A stretch of DNA of 64,000 nucleotides from Eledone cirrhosa (GCA_964016885.1 OZ024743.1:46128001-46192000); one strand, 5' to 3'; positions 37,228-50,130 are shown, counted from the stretch's first letter. Program-made: numbers and translations. The notes: generated by a model from the letters alone, not told the origin.

Positions 37228-40200
37228 ATGACCTCACTCAGAATAGGCAGCATAAATGCGCGTGGCTTGGGGTCGTCATGGAAGCAGGGTCACCTGCTCA
37301 ACGACCTCAGGTCACTAAACATAGATATAGTGGCCATCAGCGAGACCAGAATCTCCGAAGCACGGGCCTTCGCACCGCTCTTCGGCGGCTACGATGTGTA
37401 CGCATCTCCCAGCCGTCCTGGATCGGGGGGTGGAGTTGCTGTGCTTTTTCGGAGAGGTTTGGATCTCGCCATACGGGCCATCTTCCTGGACCCAGAGGGT
37501 AAGCTGGTGGTGCTGGACGTGACCAGCGGAGACGGGCAAGCTTTCAGGCTAGTGGCCGTCTATGCTCCGACAGGAGCAGGGCGGCCTGATTTCTTCCGGC
37601 GTCTGGAGACCTTTCTTGGAACGTCCTGCTCTTTAGTGTTAGTGGGCGACTGGAACGGGATCTTAGATGCACGCTGGGACTGTGTGGGATTAGCGGATAG
37701 GGGTGGAGGGTGCAAGAGCCTCACCAACCTGCTCAGGCGTTTTGAACTGTCTGACAGGTACCGATTGGATTTCCCGAATGTGCCAATGTGGACTTTGACA
37801 AATCGCATAGGGTCATCCAGATCATATCTAGATAGAGTATTTTGTAGGGAAATAGATAGGTCTAGCATAGGCTGTCCACAATTCAAGATAGTCAGCTACA
37901 CGGACCACAAATTCGTGATCTGTGTGCTTGACTTAGATAGGCTTCATAGACCAGGACCCGGCTACTGGAAGCTAAACGCGTCCTTACCAGCGCGCAAGGC
38001 CTACAGAGACCGGATTAGCGAACTAGTTAAGCGGGCGTTGACGGGGGCCATCGTCAACAACAAGTGGTGGTTTGCTCTGAAAAGAGCGATTAGAATAGAA
38101 TCCATTAGGTTTAGTAAGGCTTTAGCAATAGAGAAAAATAGAGCAGAGGGAGAACTAGTTAGAAAATTAGACGAGGCGCTTAGCAAAGGCATTGCGACCG
38201 ACGTGCTTGCGGCGAAATTGGCCCTTGACCAATTCTTCAATGCAAAGCACGAAGGCTGCGTTGTCAGAGCAAGGGTGCGTGCTCTCAGACACGAGGGGAC
38301 GAAAGCCGTTCAATGGGCCCGAGTGGCGGTGGCGCGTCGTGGTAACAAAGCCACGATCCGGTCTTTGGTGGACCACGACGGGCGCATGCTACTCGATCCC
38401 GGGCAAATGTGTGAAGCTTTTCAGCGACACTTCGCTCAGCTGTTCGGGGGCAGCGGTGGGCCGGGTCGAGGGATGGACTTTAGTGTCTACCTCGACGAAC
38501 TGCCGCGGCTCTCGGCCACTGAGGCGAACTGTTGCGAAAAGCCGATAACAGCCGCTGAAGTAAGGGAGGCAATGACTGGCTGCACAAGGGGTAAATCGCC
38601 TGGTTTGGATGGTCTGCCCTATGAACTTTACGTACAGATGCCAGACTTGTTCGGAGGCCTCTTGGCGGACGTCTACTGCAACTGGCAACAGAACGGGAGA
38701 ATTCCCAGTTCTGTGAGCCGAGGAGCGGTGGCACTGCTGAGAAAGGATCCGAACAAGGGGGATAACATAGATAATTTCCGGCCCATAACTCTGCTAAACA
38801 CAGAGTTCAAGATTTGGGCCAAGGTGCTAGCAAAGAGGTTGGCGCTTGTCATTGGTGGTCTGGTGGGAGAGGCGCAGACATGCGCCATTCCCGACAGATC
38901 CATCCACGACAACCTCCACCTCATGCGATACATCGTAGAGAGGGTAGCTAGGGAACCTGGCACGGGTGGGTCCTTGATCAATTTAGATCAGTCGAAAGCT
39001 TTCGATAGGGTCGACCATCGTTACCTAGCGGCAGTCCTGAGGGCGGCTGGCTTTGGGCCCGTCTTCAGAGGCTGGATCGCTGCCATGCACAGCGACATCT
39101 GCTCTGTGGAGAGAGTGAACGGTCACCTGTCGGAACCGTTCAACATCATGCGCTCGGTCCGCCAAGGATGTCCCCTCTCGTCCCTCTTGTACGTATTGAC
39201 TCTCGAGCCATTACTGCACAAACTGGAGACGTTGAGGGGCGTCCCGCGCGAACTAGGATGCGGAAGATCCGTGTCAGCATATGCGGACGATGTCACCGTA
39301 GTGGTGTCGAACGCCAAACACATTGAGGCGATCGGCACTACACTAAGAGAATACGAAGCGATGACAGGAGCAATGATCAACCAGGAAAAGTCAGTGGGCC
39401 TGCAGCTCGGCACCTGGAGAGGCAGGTCCATGCCGTCCAACAGCGTCGTCGGACGCTGGACGGACGGACCGGTTAAATTGCTAGGGGTCTGGTTCGGTCC
39501 GGACCTCCAGACGGACAAAAACTGGGACGAGGTGACGAGCAGGGTGGCTTCTCTCACCCAGAAATGGGCCGAGAGGAAGCTATCCCTGAAAGGTCGAGCG
39601 GAGGTGGCTAACGCGTACATCGCGTCCGTCATCTGCTACCGCCTGACCGTCGTACCTTGTCCTAAGCCTCGCCTGACTGCGCTGGAGCGTTTGCTCTTTC
39701 GCTTTTTGTGGAAGGGACGCGCTCCGATGGTCAGGCGGTCCATCTGCTGTCAACACCCGCTACGTGGAGGGCTGGGCATGCCGTGGCGGATGATGCGCAG
39801 GCACGCGCTCAGGCTACGACATCTCCACCTCTTCCTCGACGGTGAACAGGTGTGGTCGCCGTTTGCTAGACACGTATTTCCCCAGCTCGTTTCCTTGACG
39901 GTGCTGCAGTCCTGGGTCAAGCGAAGACCGAGAGGGAGCGCCTGGAGACTGGAATGTCTTCAGGCGCTCACAGCCCTCGACCAATCGGGCAATGTGATCG
40001 GTGGAAACTCCACCTCGGCGTTCTATAGAGGATTAGTGGAGGGGAAGAGCGACGACGTACTTGGGGAAACTCTAGGCGTCGACGAAAATCAACTAGCCAA
40101 TCTCTTCGGAAGAACTTTCGGGCCGGGGCCTATGGACAACTTCCAGAAAACTCTGGCCTGGCAGTGCTACCGAGGAGCCTTGCCAGTTCGGGATAAACTC

Positions 40201-40593
40201 TACAGGCATGGAGGTGCCGTCAGCCGGGCATGTCCGAGATGCGCGCAGGGCGACGAAACCGTCCTGCACGCACTCGTCCAGTGTCCGAAAATTGCTGACT
40301 TGTGGGTTTATGTCGAACACCTGCTGTCGCGTTTAGGACGGATCCGGCTATCATCTGAGTCCATCGTGAGGATTGCCCCGCCCTCCTCCTTTAGCCGGGA
40401 AGGGCAGGCAGTTTTTATCTGCCTGGTGGCCATCTCGAAAGAGATAGTATGGTGGACACGTTTGAAAGGGCTGAAGACGAACACTTACCTCTTCGGTGAT
40501 GCTCTGATTGACTTTTTCAAATTTCATTTGAAAAGGAAAATCAGAGTAGAGAGGGAAGTGCTCTCTTCCCAGCATTTGTTGAAAGATGGGTGA
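37228..40593 (+). CDS. Tx1 ORF2 (APE-RT-ZnF), 1121 aa, intact except a 1-nt deletion about 20 codons from the end
   Basis: All APE and RT motifs in one frame; CATTTGTT versus CATTTTGTT in family A. Confidence 0.92.
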   Translation: MTSLRIGSINARGLGSSWKQGHLLNDLRSLNIDIVAISETRISEARAFAPLFGGYDVYASPSRPGSGGGVAVLFRRGLDLAIRAIFLDPEGKLVVLDVTSGDGQAFRLVAVYAPTGAGRPDFFRRLETFLGTSCSLVLVGDWNGILDARWDCVGLADRGGGCKSLTNLLRRFELSDRYRLDFPNVPMWTLTNRIGSSRSYLDRVFCREIDRSSIGCPQFKIVSYTDHKFVICVLDLDRLHRPGPGYWKLNASLPARKAYRDRISELVKRALTGAIVNNKWWFALKRAIRIESIRFSKALAIEKNRAEGELVRKLDEALSKGIATDVLAAKLALDQFFNAKHEGCVVRARVRALRHEGTKAVQWARVAVARRGNKATIRSLVDHDGRMLLDPGQMCEAFQRHFAQLFGGSGGPGRGMDFSVYLDELPRLSATEANCCEKPITAAEVREAMTGCTRGKSPGLDGLPYELYVQMPDLFGGLLADVYCNWQQNGRIPSSVSRGAVALLRKDPNKGDNIDNFRPITLLNTEFKIWAKVLAKRLALVIGGLVGEAQTCAIPDRSIHDNLHLMRYIVERVAREPGTGGSLINLDQSKAFDRVDHRYLAAVLRAAGFGPVFRGWIAAMHSDICSVERVNGHLSEPFNIMRSVRQGCPLSSLLYVLTLEPLLHKLETLRGVPRELGCGRSVSAYADDVTVVVSNAKHIEAIGTTLREYEAMTGAMINQEKSVGLQLGTWRGRSMPSNSVVGRWTDGPVKLLGVWFGPDLQTDKNWDEVTSRVASLTQKWAERKLSLKGRAEVANAYIASVICYRLTVVPCPKPRLTALERLLFRFLWKGRAPMVRRSICCQHPLRGGLGMPWRMMRRHALRLRHLHLFLDGEQVWSPFARHVFPQLVSLTVLQSWVKRRPRGSAWRLECLQALTALDQSGNVIGGNSTSAFYRGLVEGKSDDVLGETLGVDENQLANLFGRTFGPGPMDNFQKTLAWQCYRGALPVRDKLYRHGGAVSRACPRCAQGDETVLHALVQCPKIADLWVYVEHLLSRLGRIRLSSESIVRIAPPSSFSREGQAVFICLVAISKEIVWWTRLKGLKTNTYLFGDALIDFFKFHLKRKIRVEREVLSSQHLLKDG

Positions 40594-40784
40594 GAGAAGC
40601 AAGAATGGCCCGAGTGAATGGGCCTACTCTGAGCATATATCCGTAAATTAAAGGTGGAAAACTGGAAGAGGGCACTTGCCTTGGTGGTCAGGGTCATTGT
40701 GGCTTTTTACTGGGCTTTCTCCACAAATGTCCCTCCGAAGTCTCCCCCCTATTGGGGAATTTTATTATTATTATTATTATTACT

Positions 40785-42035
40785 GAATGCCATGGTTGAC
40801 AGAGGATCGGCTCTGTAAGGTATTGTAATTTTTAACCGTTGAACAATTGTAAATTGTTTAAAACTTGCACCAAATTGTAGATAAAGACACCCTCGTGAAA
40901 GGGGTCTTTCTGCCCGTTATTTGGCCCTTCGGGGTTAAATAACCAGTTAATGGGGATTTGTGCCCAATATTCATTTTAAAAAACAACAAAACCGTAAAAA
41001 AACATGGCTACAAAAAAGGATTTTAACAAGTCACTCCTACTCCTTCCGTCTTCTTCTTCCCCAATCGTTATTACGTCAGAGAAAAGATTATCTCTCTCTC
41101 TCCCTTCTCTAAAGTGATGTCGCCTCTGTCGCCTCTTTCTCAAGCGACGCCGTTAAAAAAAAAGGAAAATGTACTTTCTCGTAGCGTTCTTCATCAAGAG
41201 AACCCGCGTGCCATGGAACATTTCTCCACGACAATGACAACAACGAAAGATGTGTGCGGTAAATACGGAAAGCCATTTCATTCGTCTGACGTCATGAAGA
41301 ATAGCAGCAGCAGTCGTAATAACAGCAGCAGCAGCACAAACAACAACAGCAGCAGCAGCAACAACAACAGTGGCGAGAAAAATACTAGTAGCAGCCGCAA
41401 CAACATCAGCAGCAGCATAAACAACAACAGCAGCAGCAGCAACAACAACAGCAGCAGCAGCAGCAACAAGGACAACAACAACAACAGCAACAGCAGCAGC
41501 CGCGACGGTGGTCGTAGTAACAGCAGCAACAACAAAAGTAACAGCAGCTCTGACGACAACAACAACAACCAGAAAGAAAAACCAATCTCGTTTGCAGGTA
41601 TCGCAAAGAACCTGGAAACCATCCTTATAACAAACGAAGAATTACAGGAAGCAAGGAAGATGGTGACGAAAACCGGACACCGAGCAATCTGCAAGGCAGC
41701 CGAAGAACTTTTCGAAATCCAACAGCACTGTACGGCCACGTACCGTACAGTAAGCACGAAATCACGTAGGGTTGAAAGAGCCACAGAGGCTCAAATACCT
41801 TAGGGTCTGTGTGGCAGCGGAAAACGCATATCATCCGAGGCAAGAAATATGCCACCGTGGACGTGCTTTTTGCCACACCCCAGGAAACAAAGGCTCAATC
41901 CTTAGTGACCCTAAAGAGCGAGGAAATGGTGTTGGTGCCCTCCTACTGCGGACAAAAAATTGTGATGGTCAAACTGACCCACGTCCCCCCCCCCCTCTAA
42001 CGGCACTCAACTGCCCATAAGTGTTGAGGGCAAAC
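40785..42035 (+). mobile_element. Tx1 family B copy 2: 5' UTR and partial ORF1, internally deleted
   Basis: Homologous to 34874-36205. Confidence 0.88.
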
Positions 42036-42330
42036 GGAAAAGACAGTGGGATTGCAGCTCGGCACCTCGAGAGGCAAGACCATGCCGTCCGACAGCGTCA
42101 GACGGCATGGACGGACGGACCGGTTAAATTGCTCGGGGTCTGGTTCGGACCGGACCTCCAGATGGAGAAAAACTGGAGCGAGGTGACGAGCAGGATGGCC
42201 TCCCTCACCCAGAAACGGGCCGAGAGGAAGCTGTCCCTGAAAGGCCGGGCGGAGGTGGCGAATGCGTACATCGCATCCGTCATCTGCTACCGCCTCACCG
42301 TCGTCCCTTGCCCCGGCCCAACTCTCACCA
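42036..42330 (+). pseudogene. Tx1 ORF2 internal fragment from a diverged subfamily
   Basis: WTDGPVKLLGVWFGPDLQMEKNWSEVTSR...RLTVVPC, homologous to ~39386-39670. Confidence 0.85.
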
Positions 42331-45300
42331 GAAAACGGGTCCGAAGCCTTCCGCCGCGAACACCGCATCCAGGTAACGATGGTCGACCCTATCGAACGCC
42401 TTAGATTAATCCAATTTGATCAGGGCCCCACCAAAGTCGGGTTCGTTCCCTACCCTCTCTACGATGTATCACATGAGGGCGAGGTTGTCGTGTATGGACC
42501 TGGACGGGATTGCGCATGTCTGCGCTTCTCCTACCAGGTTCCCGACAACAAGCGCCAACCTCTTCGCTAACACCTTGGCCAAAATCTTTAACTCTGTGTT
42601 TAGCAGAGTTATGGGCCTGCAATTATCTATGTCACCCCCCTTGTTCTCGTCCTTCCTCACCAGCGTGAATACGCCCTTGGTCACAGAACTGGGAATTCTC
42701 CCGTTCTGTTGCCAGTTGCAGTAGACCACCTTGAGGAGATCGGAGAACAATCCGGCATCACTACATAAAGTTCGTATGGTAGACCATCGAGACCGGGAGA
42801 TTTGCGTTTGCCGCATTGGCTCAGCGCTTTCCCTATTTCAGCGGCTGAAATCGGCCTTTTGCAGAACGTCGCCTCCCCGTCCGAGAGCCGTGGCAGACCG
42901 TCAAGGTATGGACCGAAATCCATGGCCTCACCCGGCCCGACGCTCCTCCCGAGCAGTCGTGCAAAGCGCCGTTGAAAGGCCGCGCACATCCGCTCAGGTT
43001 CAAGGATCACGCGTCCATCTTGGTCCTTCAAAGACCGTATCGTGGACTTGTTTCCACTTTTTGCTTCTGTCACTCGGGCCCAGCTAACAGCTTTGGCTCC
43101 CTCGTTACCCAGAGCACGTATTTTACTCCTAACAACACAGCCCTCGTGCTTCGCGTCAAAGAACTGGTCTAGGGCCGTTCTTGATGCCAGCACGCCGGCC
43201 ACGTTGCCACTCCTAATCGCCTCTTCTACTCTATCTATCAATTCCCTTTCAGTTCTATTCTTATCTGATGCTAATTCCTGACTAAAACCTATCGATTCTA
43301 TTCTAATTTTTCTCTTGAGAGATCCCCACCACCTGCTGTTGACAATTGCTCCCGTCAACCGCTGATTAACTAGAGTGCTAATCCGCTTACTGTAAGCTTT
43401 GTTTGTCGATAAGGGTCTTTGTCTATGGGTTCTATCAAGGTTGACCACTCCTGTCACCAACTTGTGATCCGAATAGTCAACCATGAACATTCGTGGATAG
43501 CTTAATATGTCCCTATCCTTATTTCTAACTAGGAACCTATCTAGGTACGACCTAGATGTTCCGCTAAGATTAGTCCACGTCCACAGTGGCACAGTCGGAA
43601 AAATCTAGTTGATATCTATCGGCCAGGTCAAATCGGCCGATTAACCGTTTGAGGCTGTTACACCCCCCGCTATCGGGACATACCCCTACATAGTCCCAAC
43701 ATGCATCCAGGATACCATTCCAATTCCCCACTAAAAGCAAGGAGCGGGACGTTCCCAGAAAAGTCTCTAGACGTTGAAAGAAGTCCGGTCGCGGTGTCCC
43801 AGATGGGGCATACGCTGTCACCAGCCTGAAGGCTCCACCTTCACTACTGCCGACGTCTAGAACCACCAGTCGACCCTCCGGGTCTAGGTGTACCTTCCGT
43901 GTTGTGAGGCCCAGGTGTTTTCGCAGCAGAACGACAACCCCACCCCCACTCCCCGGCTGACAGAGAGATGCATATATTTCAAAGTCGTCGAAGATGGGGG
44001 CCAGTTGGTGCTCGCTGCTGATCCTCGACTCGCAAATAGCTATCATATCCATTCTATGCGACCTGAGTTCATTTAAGAGTTTGCCCTGCTTCCAGGACAT
44101 CCCCAGGCCACGCACATTTAAACATCCAACTCTTATAACAGCCATGTTGGTGGTGAAGAGTTTAGAATGGAGAAAAAGGAAAAGACACCTACCTGTCCTT
44201 CTCCTGGGGACCAGGCTGCACAATTTCCATGGGGGTGTCGGCGGGGTTGTTTGGTGGGGTGGTGGTTTGGGATGTGGTGGGAACATCAGTGTGGGGTGGG
44301 GTGGGGGTGTTTGGTTTGGGAGGGTGTCTGGGGTGGTGGTGGGGAAACATTTCAAAAGAACGCGGTTGATAGGTCTAGTACAGGGGTTCCCCACGTCCTC
44401 GGGAAAGTTTTGTTTGAGCATTGCGTAGGTGTCCCTTGGGACCCTAATCATTTTTAAATGCGGTTATTCGCCCCGTTGGTGAACGTTTTCCCTTCGGTTT
44501 CCACCGAAATGTCTTTGTCTATTGTTTGTACAAGTGTTTTGTTGTTTGTGTTGAAGTATGTATATTGTTTTTGTTGTGTTGTGTTTGTTTTTGTTTGTTG
44601 TTCTTGTGTGTTTTTGCGTTTTGTAGTATGTGTTATGTTTTCGGGAGGGGTGGTTTTTGTTTGTGATGTTTGTTCTGTTTGTGCTGGTGGTTGTGTGTTT
44701 GTTGCATTTTTGTTAATGTGGTGCCTTCTTTTCTTTCTTTTTACTGGTTGAAAGGGTTCTCCCTCGTCGTCACTGGGTGACGTTGATAAGGGGTCCTCGT
44801 CCGTGTTGTTGGGGAGGGGTATATTTTGGCGTTTTGTTGTGGTTGCGGGTGCTTTTGTATTTGTTTTAAGTGGGGAGGGGTTGGGTGGGACAGTGTCTTG
44901 TGTTGTTATTTTTTCGTGTTGTTGTGGTGGTGGTGGTGGTGGTGGTGGTGGTGGTGGTGGTGGTGGTGGTGGTGGTGGTGGTGGTGGTGGTGGTGGTGGT
45001 GGTGGTGGTGGTGGTGGTGGTTGTGTTGTTGTGTTCGGGGTTGGCAGAAGAGCCTTTTTTTACTTGTTAATTGAGGACAGGCAGCCCTCGCGTGACCCCT
45101 GCTTAAGCAGTGGTGACATGACGGCCGCCTACCTTCAACTGAAATGTTTATATAGAGGCACGCGTTGTGGGATTTTAGCTATTCGTTCTGGGTTCATTTG
45201 AACCAGACTTCTACGTTAGTCCCACTAAATACACCTCTGGAGCATTTCCTACTGAGATTATTCTGTCTTCATCAAAATCAATGAATCCACATAGTATCCA

Positions 45301-46224
45301 CCAAATATTTACATTTGGTGTGATACTCATAATTTTTATTTTTTGTGTCCTGTATGTGGGGAAAAACGTGAAACGGGGGGACACAATGGGTGATACAGCG
45401 TATTTTTGTGCCGTTAGATGGTCATTCATTAGCACCGAAATGCTACCAAACAGTTTTCCTCTTTGGATGAAGGTTATGTCCTTCATTGCATCTTTTAGAA
45501 CCATCTCAATTTCATTTTGTGATAATTGAGCTGGTTTTCTAGTTACATTTGATATTGTCCTGAAAACCACAGTTTTCAGGACAGTCTCTCTACGTAATAC
45601 CTGGGGAGAATTGATGCTAAAATCACCGGTTTGTCCAAAAGTTACATATTGTTTTGCATCTTGGAGTAGCTGTTTTGCGTTAGTGATGTCAATTGGAGTG
45701 TATAGTTCTGGGTTTTTTTACAGTTTGTACGAACGATGTTTTGGTGTTGTTGTCTTTCTTGTTGCTGTTGTTGATGTTGTTCATATTTTCCTTGGTGTTG
45801 GTGTTGTTATTGTTACAGTTGTTGGTTGTGGTGTTATTGTCATTGTTCTTGTTGGTGCTGGTATTATTTACCGGGTTTGGTTCCGTGGTTGCAATATTTA
45901 CAACGTTTTTCGATAAGGCGAGGGGGGAAGGCTGCAAGCTTTGTACTCCTACCTTCCCTTCACCACTTTTCTTAGTGGGCGTGGCACTCACTACAGTGTG
46001 AGAGGTTGAAATGGCATCCATTACTAACTAACAAGTCTACACAATTTTTTCAGATGAAAATTTCGCCCTAAAAAGGGGCAAAAATTAGTTAACCCAATGT
46101 CTGAAGGCTCAGACGAGGGGTTACACTAAACAATAATAACAAATTCAACAATAAACTCACAGTTTTTTGTACAATAATCCGTAAACAATCCGGAGCGAAG
46201 TAATACACGTCTACCAATCACGAA
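42330..46224 (-). mobile_element. Tx1-like LINE, family D copy 1, 3' part lost, 5' end at (GATA)n
   Basis: ORF1 from 46021 (GRRPSCHHCLSRGHARAACP); ORF2 from 44145 (CLNVRGL, AYAP, YLDR, SDHK, RPITLLN). Confidence 0.9.
44925..45021. repeat. (GGT)n tract encoding poly-Pro in family D ORF1 (minus strand)
   Basis: Direct reading; shorter in copy 2 (58441-58492). Confidence 0.95.
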
Positions 46225-46504
46225 GATAGGTAGATAGATAGATGTAGGAATGCGAAATGCCAGAGTTAGGTTGACTGTCAGTGATGATGTATTTATTTAG
46301 ATGTTAAAATATTAATGATCCGTCCATGTCAGAATATCTTAGCTTTAAGTGTTGATAGTCAAAAGCTGATGTTATATGTATATTTAATGAGATGTTCGTC
46401 ATTGTTTTGTCACCATCATTTCCTTTCTATACACAAATAGTAAATTATACATATTAGATGTTTTTATATAGACGCAGACATGACTATATAGTTGCCAAGT
46501 TTTC

Positions 46505-46661
46505 ATTTTGGCGAAATATCTTCTACTATAGCCTCGGCTTGACCAATGTATTTTAGGTAAAATTTGCTAGACGGAAACTGTAGAAGCCCGTCATATATAT
46601 GCGTGCGTGCGTCTGTGTGTGAGAGTTTGCATGTGTGTGTGCGTTTGTATGTGTGTGTGTG

Positions 46662-46703
<42 letters not shown>

Positions 46704-46965
46704 CATGTGTGTGGTGTGTGAGAGAGAGAGATAGTTTGCATGTGTGTGTGTGTGTGTGTGAATGTAAGTGTGTGTGTGAATGTAAGTGTGCCGTAATGTC
46801 TGTATTTGTACCTGTATCTATATCTCGTAACTTTGACAATAAGGAGATTGACAAAATAAGTACCAAATAAGTACCAAATTTGTAAAATTATGTACTAAAT
46901 TCAATATGATTGAACCAAGATGATATCCCAGCATTGCTGCAGTCTAATGATTGAAACCAGTAAGA
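46505..46965 (+). mobile_element. Old SINE-like repeat, family 3, with internal microsatellites
   Basis: TCTTCTACTATAGCCTCGG...GACGGAAACTG...AAGCCCGTC...GCAGTCTAATGATTGAAAC. Confidence 0.6.
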
Positions 46966-47014
46966 GAAAAAAAGAACAAAAGAATCATTTCTCCCAAATG
47001 ACAGATGTTTTAAG

Positions 47015-47190
47015 GTATTACAGGGCTTTAAGGTAAGTTTTATAAGGCTTTACTTTAAAGGTAAGTTTTACAGGGCTTTTACAGTGCTTTAAGGTAAGTT
47101 TTATAAGGCTCTACTTTAACGTACGTTTTACAGGGCTTTTACAGTGCTTTGAGGTAAGTTTTATAAGATTTTTAAGATTTATAAGATTTT
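47015..47190. repeat. ~60-bp imperfect tandem repeat, about 3 copies
   Basis: TTACAGGGCTTTTACAGTGCTTTRAGGTAAGTTTTATAAG recurs. Confidence 0.8.
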
Positions 47191-47299
47191 ACTTTCTATT
47201 TTACCATATAGATATAATACCTTCTATCAAGTAGTTTTTCACAACGATTATGCCTCGAAACCGAACTGTGATTATAAAAACACTGATCCTCCCACACCA

Positions 47300-48000
47300 C
47301 AGCCCCGCGATAACGCGATAACTCAGTAAAGTGGCGCATAGACGAAATGGTTGTAAAAGTTGGAGTAAAACTTGTTGCTGCCCTCTGAATATCAACATTT
47401 GTTTGCTGTTGGATGAGTTTACTGTTGTAGACAACAATGCTTTATGTTGGTAGTTTTTGAGGTAGTTAAATGAGAACAATATATTGCAGGAAGAAATATT
47501 ATTTATTGTAAATCTGGTTACAGACACAAGATGTTTATCAATATTCACTGTTGTGAAATGAAATTTTGCTAAAAGTAATAGACCGCTGAACAATGGTTCT
47601 GTACGTGGTACTGACGTAGCACCAGCAATGGTAGGTCGCTATTGTGGTTTTGTTGAGTATTTGAAGGAGGAAGTGTGGTGCACAGACAAACCCTTGTCAG
47701 AAAACACTTGAGCAAAAATAACATAAATAGTGGTAGGTACCAAAGTTTGTGTCAAACCAAAGGAATGTCTGCTTTATATTCAACTTTGTGGAGATTGATG
47801 TCTACTTTACTGTTACTTTCCCCAACTTGTGGGCTCGAGCTTTAGGGCCTTGAATCATATGCTTACAAAACAGAAAAATTGCCTAAAATCTCGAAAAGAG
47901 GAGACCTTCGTTTGTTCTTAACAGAAATCGAACTGAATATTAAAAGGTTAATTTCTAAGCATCAGACCCAATTATATCACTGGGTAAGGTATGTACAGTT
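47300..48000 (+). pseudogene. hAT (Buster/Charlie-like) transposase relic
   Basis: Broken translation LLDEFTVVDNNAL...LQEEILF..NLVTDT...SIF...TDVAPAMVGRYCGFVEYLKEEV. Confidence 0.7.
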
Positions 48001-48282
48001 TCAACTTACTTGCTGAAGTTATGCAGGGCTAATGAAATATCTTATTTTACGTCGCAAAACAAACTTACCTGATTTCCTGAAGTTACCGGACATAGCGGAA
48101 CTGACGTCACACACAAAGCCCAGCTATGAAACTGGTGTGTTAAAACAATATTTTTAACATGAAATTGATGCCAAACAAATTTTATATCAAGAAATTTTGA
48201 GAAAAAATATAAAATTTTAAATGGAAGAGTAAAGTTCGTACACAGAAATTAAAGTTCGTGAATGTGTTCATGGTTATAATTA

Positions 48283-48460
48283 TTTCTACTTTTGGCACAA
48301 GGCCGACAATTAACCCAGTGCATTACTGGTACTTTATCTTATCGACCTCGTCAGGATGAAAGGCAAAGTTAACCTCGGCGGGATTTGAACTCAGACCATA
48401 AAGGACCGTAACTCTTTGCTGCAAAGCATGGCGTCCGACCCTCTACCGATACTGCTAATC
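48283..48460 (-). mobile_element. Short SINE, family 2
   Basis: Close reverse complement of 52725-52903. Confidence 0.85.
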
Positions 48461-49431
48461 CACATGGTTATAATACTTATTCACTGGTGCCATAATATAT
48501 CTGAGTGTGAATAAAATCTATATATCGATATTGCTACACATTTCTATCAATTGATGATATACACTTCCCTCATCTGGCAGGATTGTTGCAGTTACATGTG
48601 GCCATATAATATCTAAATATGTTGTTACTGGAGCTAAAATATTGTTTTAAGATGGTGTATTTCATCTTCTACAACTGCCACAGAATAGTCACATCTGTAG
48701 CTGGAAATATTATTTTAGTGTTTCAGCTGCTATATGTATGGTACTTAATATATCAATTGAATCCCCAATAAAGTTGGTTGGTGATTATAAACGCGCCATA
48801 ATTTTAACTGAACTGATGAAATAAAACATTTAACGTAGTAATTAAACAGAATCAAATGATACTACAAATACTTCTGAAATGTGTGTACGTCATTTAATGT
48901 AAGTTACTTTCATTTGTTTTGCAGTGTAAAATAGGATTTAACCTTACTCTTTTTATACGCGGAGTGTAATTTTTCACCTACATTAAAATATGGTGGACGG
49001 TACGAATCTTTTACTCTCACAAAAGTGACAAATGTGGGTACAGAGTATAAAGACCACTGTTATATATAATATATGAAAACATTTCCTATAAATTACTTGC
49101 AATTTCTAACTCACTTACTATATTATCGAAAAATGGAAATATTTGAAAGGTCATGAAAATTCACCAAAGCTTTCTGTCTGAAAATAAGTTACGTAACATG
49201 AACATGTCTGACGTGAAATAAAATATTCAGTAGTCAGGTATCTACAAAATCTAGGAAAAACTCAACAAGATGATAATAGCAATTGAATATAAATATGAAT
49301 CTCATAGAATCCATTTTGTGACAATTTCTGGTTTTTATCGAACATATTTTAAAGAACAGGTGTTGTCCTTCAAAACAAATATCCATATACACATACATAT
49401 ATAGAGGCTTATATGTGTATATATGTAATCG

Positions 49432-49511
<80 letters not shown>

Positions 49512-49516
<5 letters not shown>

Positions 49517-49777
49517 AAGCAAATTATAAATGTAAACATGTAAGTATGTTTTTGAAACGGTGCGCGAGTTTGAAAATTAGAAATTAGAAATTATAAGCTT
49601 TCACCGTATTTTAGACTAAAGAAATTTCTAGCCTGATAGTGGGGTTTATAACCCTCGGAGAAATGGAAAAAGATACGGCAACACTCATCTTTTTCCATTT
49701 CTCCGAGGGTTATAAACCCCACTATCAGGCTAGAAATTTCTTTAGTCTAAAATACGGTGAAAGCTTATAATTTCTAA

Positions 49778-49785
<8 letters not shown>
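49512..49785. mobile_element. Perfect fold-back (99-bp arms 49576-49674 and 49687-49785, 12-nt loop, ~63-bp tail on the left) in (TA)n
   Basis: No mismatch seen between arms; TA tracts on both sides. Confidence 0.85.
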
Positions 49786-49809
<24 letters not shown>

Positions 49810-49810
<1 letters not shown>

Positions 49811-49996
49811 GGAAAATGTTCAAGACCCCGACGGCAGAGCTCAAGCCGTTACGACGGCTATTTCTGGACTAAATTGGAAACGGCTTGAGCTCTGCCGTCG
49901 GAGTTTTGAAAATGTTCCTATTACCAACTCTACTACCCTAAGTATTGAGTACTCTGGTGCGTCATGGTCCACCTGGTTCCTTACCACACTGCCTTC

Positions 49997-49998
<2 letters not shown>
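49810..49998 (+). mobile_element. Fold-back family H, copy 2
   Basis: CCCCGACGGCAGAGCTCAAGCCGTT...AACGGCTTGAGCTCTGCCGTCGG plus the shared tail. Confidence 0.85.
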
Positions 49999-50043
<45 letters not shown>

Positions 50044-50050
50044 ATGTATG

Positions 50051-50085
<35 letters not shown>

Positions 50086-50130
50086 TATATATGTATATTT
50101 ATATATATATATATATATAATATATACATA

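Larger units (their letters stand above)
34874..40762 (+). mobile_element. Tx1-like LINE, family B copy 1 (distinct 5' UTR/ORF1, family-A-like ORF2)
   Basis: Starts GAATGCCATGG after (ATT)n; ends at (ATT)n 40763-40782 with a shortened 3' UTR. Confidence 0.92.

Noticed and set aside
44803-45201. Poly-Gly/Trp/Val ORFs on the plus strand (also 58314-58634)
   Set aside because: Antisense readings of the poly-Pro (CCA)n tract
49630-49670. CTGATAG...GAAA as a hammerhead in the 99-bp palindrome
   Set aside because: Core and spacing are wrong and no stem I/III can be formed
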